The translations under genes were made by a program, and so were the position numbers. A stretch of DNA of 15,971 bases from a bacterium (GTDB taxonomy: Bacteria > Arandabacterota > Arandabacteria > Arandabacterales > JALGWA01): contig JASFEA010000074.1 in the NCBI GenBank assembly GCA_050125095.1, forward strand, positions 1 through 15,971. The letters run 5' to 3'. The notes below the pieces were generated by a model. It was not told the origin of the DNA. It ran no database searches and worked only from the letters and a program-made list of their open reading frames with translations. Shown in pieces: positions 1 through 7,205 of this stretch (the first letter of the stretch is position 1; every line of letters begins with the position of its first letter).

Positions 1-62
1 TAATCGACGGTATCGAGGTTTCGATATCGGAGATTGTCGAGATTTACCAGGAAGAAGCGTAA
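1..62 (+). CDS. flgD: 3' fragment of probable flagellar hook capping protein FlgD (partial)
   Basis: Frame from position 3 reads IDGIEVSISEIVEIYQEEA* (TAA 60-62), like the FlgD C-terminal 'V.G..v.l.dI..i' strands. It lies upstream of the operon protein and flgE, the usual flgD slot. Only 19 codons are visible. Confidence 0.65.
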   Translation, partial: IDGIEVSISEIVEIYQEEA

Positions 63-85
63 TGGCGCCTGAAGGAGGTGAAACT

Positions 86-460
86 GTGCAGCGAATAGGC
101 GGGATTGGCAGCCACCCCGAAGTGGCCCGGCAAACGGGGCCGGGGGTACCGCCCGCGAAAGCGGCAGAGGGTTTCAAGGACGTCCTTGCCGAAATCACGC
201 AGGCCGATGGCGTCAAGTTCTCCAAGCACGCGTTAGAGCGCATCTCCGCGAGGGGCATGTCGTTTGATCGCGCAAGTATGGAGAGGCTCAATAACGCCGT
301 TGAAGTGGCCGGCAGCAAGGGCGCCAGCGAGTCTCTGGTGCTCATGGACGAGCTGGCCCTGATCGTCAGCGTCAAGAACAAGACCGTCATCACGGCGATG
401 CCGAGCACGGAGACGAAAGGGAATGTGTTTACGGCGATCGACAGCGCGATCGTCGCGTGA
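86..460 (+). CDS. Flagellar operon protein, TIGR02530/Flagellar_put-like (function unknown)
   Basis: Motifs FKDVL...VKFSKHALERISARG...AGSKGASESLVLMDELALIVSVKNKTVITAM...GNVFTAIDSAIV match this family, which typically lies between flgD and flgE. GTG at 86 is preferred over ATG at 62 because of the strong SD AAGGAGGTGA at 72-81. Confidence 0.88.
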   Translation: MQRIGGIGSHPEVARQTGPGVPPAKAAEGFKDVLAEITQADGVKFSKHALERISARGMSFDRASMERLNNAVEVAGSKGASESLVLMDELALIVSVKNKTVITAMPSTETKGNVFTAIDSAIVA

Positions 461-473
461 GAAATGAACAGAC

Positions 474-536
474 GGGCCGGACCTCTTGGTAGGAGGCCCT
501 TCCGCTGCCGAACGACTGAGGCAGCGCTGAAGGAGG
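474..536 (+). promoter_or_regulatory. Putative structured cis-regulatory RNA element (two hairpins) in the flgE leader, abutting the SD
   Basis: Hairpin 1: GGGCC(474-478)/GGCCC(495-499) plus CCT(482-484)/AGG(491-493). Hairpin 2: CGCTGCC(503-509)/GGCAGCG(520-526) with loop GAACGACTGA. SD AGGAGG at 531-536. Function is inferred. Confidence 0.55.
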
Positions 537-546
537 AGAAGAAGAG

Positions 547-2469
547 ATGTTGATGTCACTTTACACAAGCGTTTCGGGAATGAGATCGAACCTTACGGCG
601 ATCAACGTTTTCGGAAACAACATAAGCAACGTGAATTCCGTCGCGTTCAAGGGCGGCCGCGTGACCTTCAAGGAAACGCTGGTCCAGACCCTTCGCGGCG
701 CGCGCATGCCGGACGGCAACCTGGGCGGCGCAAATCCCGTTCAGATGGGGCTCGGCATGGGCATAGGCAGCATAGACAGCGTGCTCTCGCAGGGCGTGCT
801 CCAGAGTACCGGTCTCATGACCGATCTCGGCATTAACGGAGAGGGTTTCTTCATCGTCAATGACGGCAGGAGAGACTATTACACCAGGGCCGGGGCGTTT
901 ACATATGACAGCGTAGGCAACTATCTCGACCCGACGACCGGCTACATCGTCCAGGGACGCATGGCGGACCAGGACGGCAATATCGGAGCCAGCGCGCCCA
1001 TCGGGAACATCCAGCTCCCGTTCGGCATCAAGATCCCGGCAAGGGCCACTGCTGAACTCACGCTCGGGTGCAACCTCGACGCCTCGGCGACGACGTCCAC
1101 GGCCACGCTTTCCGACGCCGGGACCACGGGTATTGACCTCGTTAACGGCCTGGCGTCCAACGGCGCGGGCGGCACGCATACCATCACCGTAACCGGCGTC
1201 AACGCCACCCACAGCACGGCCACCGGCTCCAATCTGCTCGACCCTGCCGGGCTCGACGGAACCGAGACGCTCGGCGCTCTTGGCGTCACCGACTTCTCGG
1301 ATTTCACGCTCAGCGTTGACGGCGGCACTGCCGTCGCGGTAACGGGGCTCTCCGCGACCTCGACGGTTCAGGATCTCATAACCGCCATCAACAGCGCGGC
1401 TCCCGGCGTCACTGCTTCTCTCGATTCGGGTGAAGTGGTGCTCACGAGAGTCTATGCGGGCGACGGCACCGTTTACAACGTCGCCACGTCCGACGGCGTC
1501 GACGGCAATATCTCGAGGCAGATATTCGGAGCCGCCGGCGGATCGCCCTTTGTTGCCAATAACGGCACCGCGAGCACCCTGGCCGCCGAGGACGTGTTCA
1601 CGCCGACCGGCAGGACGCCGCTTGCAGCCGCTTCCATGAACCTGGTTGCCGATTCCATTACGGGCCTTATCACGGGCGTAGCCGGCATCGGGGGTTCGGG
1701 AGTGGAAGTGACGGCTACCGGCGGTCTCGCAGCCGGCACGGCGGTCATCGATACGGCCGCGACCGAGCATTACACATCAGTCATCACATACGACAGCCTG
1801 GGTGTCTCGCATAATCTCACTCTCAAGTTCTCGAGGTCCCCGGTTGCCAACGAGTGGTACTGGGAGGCCTCGCTCGACGGAGAAGAGGTAATCGCGAGCG
1901 GGCAGTCGGGCACAGTGACGTTTTTTGAAGACGGGTCCCTCAATCAGTTCGCGTTCGATAACGGCGCCACGGCCATCGCATTCGATCCGGGCACCGGCGC
2001 GGACGCGGTTCAGATTTCGATGGACGCGGGGACCGGTGGAGGATTTCAGGGAATAACGCAGTTCGCTTCTCCGTTCAGCACGACGGTGAGGGCGCAGGAC
2101 GGCTATGAGATGGGCAACCTGATTGACGTCGCCATCGACGGCACAGGCATCATCTCGGGTGTCTTTTCCAACGGGCTCACCCGGGCACTGGCCCAGATCG
2201 TCCTGGCCAAGTTCAACAATCCCGGCGGTCTTGAAAGGGTCGGCGAGTCGCTCTTCGCCGAGTCAAGCAACTCCGGTCTGGCCATCAAGGGGGATCCGGG
2301 CGACGTGGTCTTCGCGTCGATCTCATCCGGCACTCTCGAGATGTCCAATGTCGACCTTGCTGAGGAATTCGTGGACATGATTGTCGCTCAGCGTGGTCTT
2401 CAGGCAAACGCCAGAGTGCTGACCGCAAGTGACGAGATGCTGTCGGAGGTAGTGAACCTGACAAGGTAA
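547..2469 (+). CDS. flgE: Flagellar hook protein FlgE, long form (640 aa)
   Basis: N-terminal SLYTSVSGM...GNNISNVNSVAFK, DLGINGEGFFIV, YTRAGAF, YDSLG, QDGY, and C-terminal LEMSNVDLAEEFVDMIVAQRGLQANARV. SD at 531-536. Confidence 0.96.
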   Translation: MLMSLYTSVSGMRSNLTAINVFGNNISNVNSVAFKGGRVTFKETLVQTLRGARMPDGNLGGANPVQMGLGMGIGSIDSVLSQGVLQSTGLMTDLGINGEGFFIVNDGRRDYYTRAGAFTYDSVGNYLDPTTGYIVQGRMADQDGNIGASAPIGNIQLPFGIKIPARATAELTLGCNLDASATTSTATLSDAGTTGIDLVNGLASNGAGGTHTITVTGVNATHSTATGSNLLDPAGLDGTETLGALGVTDFSDFTLSVDGGTAVAVTGLSATSTVQDLITAINSAAPGVTASLDSGEVVLTRVYAGDGTVYNVATSDGVDGNISRQIFGAAGGSPFVANNGTASTLAAEDVFTPTGRTPLAAASMNLVADSITGLITGVAGIGGSGVEVTATGGLAAGTAVIDTAATEHYTSVITYDSLGVSHNLTLKFSRSPVANEWYWEASLDGEEVIASGQSGTVTFFEDGSLNQFAFDNGATAIAFDPGTGADAVQISMDAGTGGGFQGITQFASPFSTTVRAQDGYEMGNLIDVAIDGTGIISGVFSNGLTRALAQIVLAKFNNPGGLERVGESLFAESSNSGLAIKGDPGDVVFASISSGTLEMSNVDLAEEFVDMIVAQRGLQANARVLTASDEMLSEVVNLTR

Positions 2470-2495
2470 TGAACCTTTGAAGGATGGTGGTCAGA

Positions 2496-3443
2496 ATGGC
2501 TGAGGACCCGAAGAAGGAAGAAGCCAAGCAGAAATTGAGATTCTTCAAGAACGGTAAGGACAAGGCTGAGGGCGAAGCCCCTGAGGCTCAGGACTCGACC
2601 GCTCAGGCGGTTGCGACGGAGGAGACGCCGAGGGAAAAAGCAAAGGCAAACGCCCCGTCCGCCGCCGCGGACTCCGGGGCCGAGGAGGCCGGGCCCGAGG
2701 CTGAAAGGCCGAAGGCGGAGGCCGGAGAGCCCGACGCGGATGCGGACGAGCCCAGGGCGGCCGCCCATGGGCGGAAGCCTGCTGCCGAGGACGCCGATGC
2801 CGAGGCCGATGACGCGCCGGCCGGGGACGCTCCAGCAGACGGAGCGCATAAGCCGAGACGGCGCGAGAGAGTACAGGCGCAGGAGTCCGAGCCGGAGAAG
2901 AAGGAAACTGTGATGTCTCAACTGCTTCCCAGTCTCACTCTGGGCTTCCGGACCCTGGTCATTCTGGCCATCATCACTGCCGATGCGTTCGCTGCCTACA
3001 TGCTTACTACTAAGGTCATTGCACCCAAGCTCATAGAAACGAAGATAGTGGACCTCCGGTCAGAGATCAGCCAGTTACCGCCTGAAGGCGGCGTGCTTCC
3101 CAGCGAGAAGCCTCCGAGGCCGGCCTTAGGCCCGGAATCCGTCGGGAAGATGTTCCAGGTAAAGGACATAGTCGTGAACCCGTCGGGCACTAACGGCACA
3201 AGATATCTCTGCACCACGGTCGCATTTGAAATAACCAATCCCATGGTGGAACAAGAGGCGACGGCGCGCGAGGCGCAGGTAAGGGATCTTCTGATCGAAA
3301 TCCTGGGCCGAAGGACCGTGCCAGAGCTCAGCAGCCTCGAGATGCGGGACTACATCAGGGAAGAGATAGAAACATCCGTGAATACGCTGCTCACGAGCGG
3401 CGAGATCGATGGAGTTTATTTCTCGAACTTCGTTCTTCAGTAA
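2496..3443 (+). CDS. fliL: Flagellar basal-body associated protein FliL with long acidic N-terminal extension
   Basis: Single TM segment (LVILAIITADAFAAYML) followed by FliL domain (IVVNPSGTNGTRYL...QVRDLLIEIL...LRxEI-like...GVYFSNFVLQ*), directly upstream of fliM. Start could be 2484, 2496 or, less likely, 2909/2912. Confidence 0.9.
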   Translation: MAEDPKKEEAKQKLRFFKNGKDKAEGEAPEAQDSTAQAVATEETPREKAKANAPSAAADSGAEEAGPEAERPKAEAGEPDADADEPRAAAHGRKPAAEDADAEADDAPAGDAPADGAHKPRRRERVQAQESEPEKKETVMSQLLPSLTLGFRTLVILAIITADAFAAYMLTTKVIAPKLIETKIVDLRSEISQLPPEGGVLPSEKPPRPALGPESVGKMFQVKDIVVNPSGTNGTRYLCTTVAFEITNPMVEQEATAREAQVRDLLIEILGRRTVPELSSLEMRDYIREEIETSVNTLLTSGEIDGVYFSNFVLQ

Positions 3444-3484
3444 AAGGGGCACCAGAAGCTCCGGCTTGGGAAGGAAGAGAGCAA

Positions 3485-4414
3485 ATGGACCAGAAGGAAG
3501 CGCAGGCGGCGGACCAGCCAAAACAGGAGTCTCCCGCCAACGGTCTCAAGTCCTACGACTTCAGGAATCCGAGCAGGCTGTCGCGCGAACACATCAGGAA
3601 GATCGAGTATCTTCACTCGTCGATAGCCAAGAGGCTCGCGGTTTCGCTCGCGGGGCTTATTCGCGATTCTGTCAATGTAGAAGTAGTGGAGGTCAAGGAG
3701 ATCAGCTATGACGAGCTGGTCAAGATGATACCGGTGCCGGGCGCCGCTTTCAGCTTCGCGGTGGAGCCGCTTGGAGGCCTGGGCATCATGGACATCGACA
3801 TGCTCCTGGCATTCAGCCTCGTGGACAGGCTCTTCGGCGGAAAGGGCGAGCCTTTGTCCGAGCCCCGGGAACTCACCACGATCGAGCAGGGCGTCGTCAA
3901 GAAAGTCGTTAGCAAGGTCCTTGCGGAGGTCAAGTTCGCCTGGTCGGCTTTAGGCGAAATCGATTTGGGCGCGCCCAAATACGTGCCCAGCCTTGAGTTC
4001 CTGAGTTCGCCGAGTTTCAACGAGTCCATGGTCTGTGTGCGGCTCGGGATCGAGAAAGGGGAGCTTAACGCCTCGATATCGGTCATATACCCCTACATGA
4101 TGCTCGAGCCGATCATCAAGATGAGCAGGCGTTCCGAGAACAAAGCGGACAGGGGAGCGCCCAATGCAGAGAGCGAGGAGAGGATAAAGCGCGTCGTTCC
4201 TCTTGAACTGACGGCGACACTGCCCGTATCGATGATCCGCTTCGGGGAGCTTATGAATCTCGACAGGGGCGACGTGCTCATTCTCGATACACGCGTATCT
4301 GATGAAATCTACATGAGAGTTGGAGACCGAAGGCTACTGGCAGGTCGGCCCGGCAAGTCCAGAGGCAATCTTGCTGTGAAGGTCACCTCAGTTATCGACA
4401 AGGGAGGATCCTAA
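3485..4414 (+). CDS. fliM: Flagellar motor switch protein FliM (no N-terminal CheY-binding peptide)
   Basis: YDFRNPSRLSREHIR, DRLFGGKG (FliG-binding GGxG), RELTTIEQ, and a C-terminal SpoA domain (ELMNLDRGDVLIL...GRPGKSRGNLAVKV). Confidence 0.92.
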   Translation: MDQKEAQAADQPKQESPANGLKSYDFRNPSRLSREHIRKIEYLHSSIAKRLAVSLAGLIRDSVNVEVVEVKEISYDELVKMIPVPGAAFSFAVEPLGGLGIMDIDMLLAFSLVDRLFGGKGEPLSEPRELTTIEQGVVKKVVSKVLAEVKFAWSALGEIDLGAPKYVPSLEFLSSPSFNESMVCVRLGIEKGELNASISVIYPYMMLEPIIKMSRRSENKADRGAPNAESEERIKRVVPLELTATLPVSMIRFGELMNLDRGDVLILDTRVSDEIYMRVGDRRLLAGRPGKSRGNLAVKVTSVIDKGGS

Positions 4415-4415
4415 G

Positions 4416-4835
4416 ATGTGTCCTGAAGAAGAGGTCGTGGACCGGAACCCGCAGGGAGTCGCTGTGGAAGAAGAAATCCCGCAGGACAGTCCTGCGGCGA
4501 AAAGCGAGGCCGGAGGCGGAAAGGATTCGGTGAAGAAGGCCGAGTTCCAGGAGGTCGCCAGCGGCCCCGACAAGGGCGGCAAGCCGAGTATGGACCTTCT
4601 CATGAACGTGACCCTGCCGGTGTCGGTGGAGCTCGGGAGGGCGACAATGACCATCCAGGAAGTGCTGGCCATATACGAGGGATCGGTCATTGAGCTCGAA
4701 CGGGTCGCCGGTGAGCCGGTTGATATTCTGGTGAGCGGTAAGCTCCTGGGCAGGGGCGAGGTGGTCGTGGTGGACGACAAGTTCGGGATCAGGATCACCG
4801 AACTCATCAATCGCGTGGAAGGCATAGAGCAATGA
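4416..4835 (+). CDS. fliN: Flagellar motor switch protein FliN
   Basis: MDLLMNVTLPVSVELGRATMTIQEVL...GSVIELERVAGEPVDILVSGKLLGRGEVVVVDDKFGIRITEL is a canonical SpoA/FliN domain. Confidence 0.95.
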   Translation: MCPEEEVVDRNPQGVAVEEEIPQDSPAAKSEAGGGKDSVKKAEFQEVASGPDKGGKPSMDLLMNVTLPVSVELGRATMTIQEVLAIYEGSVIELERVAGEPVDILVSGKLLGRGEVVVVDDKFGIRITELINRVEGIEQ

Positions 4836-5350
4836 AGAAGTATCTGCGGCAATTCACCAGACAGCGGAAGACAATGGCAATCCTCGCCTGTCTACTCGGG
4901 GGGATAATACTGCTCTCCCTCTTCCAGGGACCCAAAGCGGGCTCGGACGGGAGCCCGGTGGACGAGGCCGGCCCCGGCTCGCCGATGATGGGGCAGGACA
5001 TGAGGACAATGAGCATGAAGATCATCGGGTCTGTAGTGCTCGTCGTCGGGCTGCTGTACGCGGTGATGTATGCCATGAAGCGGTTCGGGCCGGGACTCAG
5101 ACTCGGCGGTATCAAGGAAAACGCCATCTCGGTCATGCATAAAAGGCACATCGCGCCCAAGAAGGCGATCTACATTCTCAAGATAGGCCAGCGCTCCATG
5201 GTTGTCGGCGTAACGGACTCGCAGATAAACCACCTGGCCGATCTCACGGAAGAGGACCTGGAGAGCATCAGCGCCGAAGATGCCCCGAAGGGGGGCGGCT
5301 TCAGACAGTACCTGTTCGGCGCCGAATCGAGCCCCAGGAGCAGGAGCTGA
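4832..5350 (+). CDS. fliO: Flagellar biosynthesis protein FliO/FliZ
   Basis: Hydrophobic segments followed by ISVMHKRHIAPKKAIYILKIGQRSMVVGVTDSQINHLADL (FliO-like). Lies between fliN and fliP, with ATGA overlap on the fliN stop. Confidence 0.85.
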   Translation: MKKYLRQFTRQRKTMAILACLLGGIILLSLFQGPKAGSDGSPVDEAGPGSPMMGQDMRTMSMKIIGSVVLVVGLLYAVMYAMKRFGPGLRLGGIKENAISVMHKRHIAPKKAIYILKIGQRSMVVGVTDSQINHLADLTEEDLESISAEDAPKGGGFRQYLFGAESSPRSRS

Positions 5351-5361
5351 GGTAACGCTTC

Positions 5362-6129
5362 ATGATGAGAAACACTTCAACAACCCCGGGACGAGTCGCA
5401 ATCGTCATTGCCCTGCTGGCCGCGGTCATAGCGGTTTCCGCGCCGTGGGCCCGCGCCGCGGGCGGGCCGTCTCTCAGCCTCGAGATAAATGGCGAGGAAA
5501 GCAAGATATCACTTCCCATAAAGATCATATTCTTCCTTACCGTGCTGTCGCTTGCACCAGCTGTCATGGTCATGGTGACGTCGTTCACGAGAATCGTGGT
5601 GATACTCTCCTTCCTGAAGCACGCCCTCGGCGCGCATCAGATGCCGCCGAGCCAGCTCCTGATCGGCCTGGCGCTGTTCCTGACCTACTTCACCATGATG
5701 CCGGTCTGGAGCCAGATAAACACCGAGGCGCTGCAGCCGCTCTCCAACGGCGAGATCACGGAGCAGGAAGCCATGTCGCTGGCCGGGGATCCCATAAGGA
5801 CATTCATGTTCAAGCACGTCGGCGAGAAGGACCTCGGCGTGTTCATCGACATGGCCGGCCTGGCGCGACCCGAAAACAAGGAAGACGTGCCGACTTACGT
5901 CCTGATTCCCGCGTTTATAACCAGCGAGCTCAAGACGGCGTTTCAGATCGGGTTCGTGCTTTTCCTGCCGTTCCTGGTCATCGATATGGCGGTCGCCAGC
6001 GTCCTCATGTCCATGGGGATGATGATGGTGCCGCCGATTATGGTCTCACTTCCATTCAAGATACTTCTATTCGTACTGGTAGACGGCTGGAGGATCGTTA
6101 TCGAGTCCGCCGTCTTAGGGTTCCGGTAA
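5362..6129 (+). CDS. fliP: Flagellar export gate protein FliP
   Basis: Signal-peptide-like N-terminus, LTVLSLAPA..MVTSFTRIVVILSFLKHALG..QMPP, LIPAFITSELKTAFQIGF..FLPFLVIDM.VASVLMSMGMMMVPP..VSLPFKILLFVLVDGW. Confidence 0.97.
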   Translation: MMRNTSTTPGRVAIVIALLAAVIAVSAPWARAAGGPSLSLEINGEESKISLPIKIIFFLTVLSLAPAVMVMVTSFTRIVVILSFLKHALGAHQMPPSQLLIGLALFLTYFTMMPVWSQINTEALQPLSNGEITEQEAMSLAGDPIRTFMFKHVGEKDLGVFIDMAGLARPENKEDVPTYVLIPAFITSELKTAFQIGFVLFLPFLVIDMAVASVLMSMGMMMVPPIMVSLPFKILLFVLVDGWRIVIESAVLGFR

Positions 6130-6144
6130 GGGAGGTTGCGGAGC

Positions 6145-6414
6145 ATGACGCAGGAGTTCTGCCAGCAGATAGCCAGAGAGGCGGTGTTCACGTGCCTTTC
6201 GATAGCCGGCCCGATGCTCGTGGCGGCGCTTTTCACGGGGCTTCTGGTCGGAATACTTCAAGCGGTAGCCCAGGTGCATGAGATGACGCTGACGTTCATA
6301 CCCAAGATAGTGGCTGTGGCGGTGGCGCTGGTTATCTTCATGCCCTGGATTCTCTCCAGGATGACGTCTTTCTCGACCTTTGCTTTCGAGAAGATAGCCA
6401 CACTGGGCCATTAG
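6145..6414 (+). CDS. fliQ: Flagellar export gate protein FliQ
   Basis: AGPML..LFTGLLVGILQAVAQVHEMTLTFIPKI...PW. ATG 6145 follows SD GGAGG at 6131-6135, giving 89 aa. Confidence 0.95.
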   Translation: MTQEFCQQIAREAVFTCLSIAGPMLVAALFTGLLVGILQAVAQVHEMTLTFIPKIVAVAVALVIFMPWILSRMTSFSTFAFEKIATLGH

Positions 6415-6425
6415 AGGGAAGATGT

Positions 6426-7202
6426 ATGGGACTTATTGATATGGATCCGGGACAGATGTTCATGGCGTTCATGAGAGTCAGCGGCTTCGTGTTCGCGGCG
6501 CCCGTCCTTGGTTCACCCGTGATTCCCAGGCTGATCAAGGTCTGGTATTCACTTCTCATAGCCATGATCATGGTGCCGATGATGAGCGCACACGCTGAAG
6601 TTCCGCCCGTCGAGACCGCCACTTTCTTCGTTCTCGCCGGGAGAGAGGTAATGCTCGGGATACTCATGGGCATGGTCTGCTCCATATTCATCCACGGCGT
6701 CGAGTTCGGGGGACATCTGGTGGGGCTTCAGATGGGATTTGCGGCCTCGACCCTGTTCGACCCGGTCTCCAGGAACCAGTCAGCCGTGCTGGGACGCTTC
6801 CAGGCAATGCTGGCCCTCGTGCTCTTCCTTATAATGAACGGGCATCATGCGATGTTCCAGAGTCTGGCCCTCAGCTATAAGACAGTGCCCCTTTCGCTCT
6901 CGGGGTTCGGCGCGGACGCGGGAAAGCAGCTCATCGCCCTCGGCGGTACCGTTTTCACCGTGGCGGTGCGCATGGCCATACCCGCGCTCGTTGCTCTGCT
7001 CCTGGCGCAGATCGGGGTCGGCCTGCTGGCCAAGACCATGCCGCAGATGAACGTGTTCGTCATCGGTTTCCCCGTGAAGATAGCCCTCGGGCTCTTCGTA
7101 GTCGGGGTGACGATTCCATATTTCACCTACGTTCTCACCAAGACCGTTAATGAGACGAATGTGGGGCTGGAAAGCCTGTTGCGAACGGTCGGCGGAGGAT
7201 AG
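6426..7202 (+). CDS. fliR: Flagellar export gate protein FliR
   Basis: Multi-TM protein with RVSGFVFAAPVLG, EVMLG, GGHLVGLQMGF..STLFDP, LFLIMNGHH, SY..VP, PQMNVFVIGFPVKI. Confidence 0.96.
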   Translation: MGLIDMDPGQMFMAFMRVSGFVFAAPVLGSPVIPRLIKVWYSLLIAMIMVPMMSAHAEVPPVETATFFVLAGREVMLGILMGMVCSIFIHGVEFGGHLVGLQMGFAASTLFDPVSRNQSAVLGRFQAMLALVLFLIMNGHHAMFQSLALSYKTVPLSLSGFGADAGKQLIALGGTVFTVAVRMAIPALVALLLAQIGVGLLAKTMPQMNVFVIGFPVKIALGLFVVGVTIPYFTYVLTKTVNETNVGLESLLRTVGGG

Positions 7203-7205
7203 ACC

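Noticed and set aside
488-514. GCCGAACG (507-514) resembling a sigma-28 -10 box (GCCGATAA)
   Set aside because: No TAAA-like -35 at the right spacing, and the sequence is better explained as part of hairpin 2.
474-530. flgE leader as a c-di-GMP riboswitch or intrinsic terminator
   Set aside because: It lacks the GNRA tetraloop/receptor and other conserved nucleotides I would expect for c-di-GMP-I/II aptamers, and has no U-tract for termination.
3446-3467. GG-N10-GC spacing and a small AAGC/GCTT hairpin upstream of fliM
   Set aside because: Flanks do not match TGGCAC/TTGC and a 4-bp stem is expected by chance.
5280-6281. 333-aa alternative-frame ORF over fliP
   Set aside because: Arg/Gly/Pro-rich off-frame translation typical of GC-rich DNA; the FliP frame is unambiguous.
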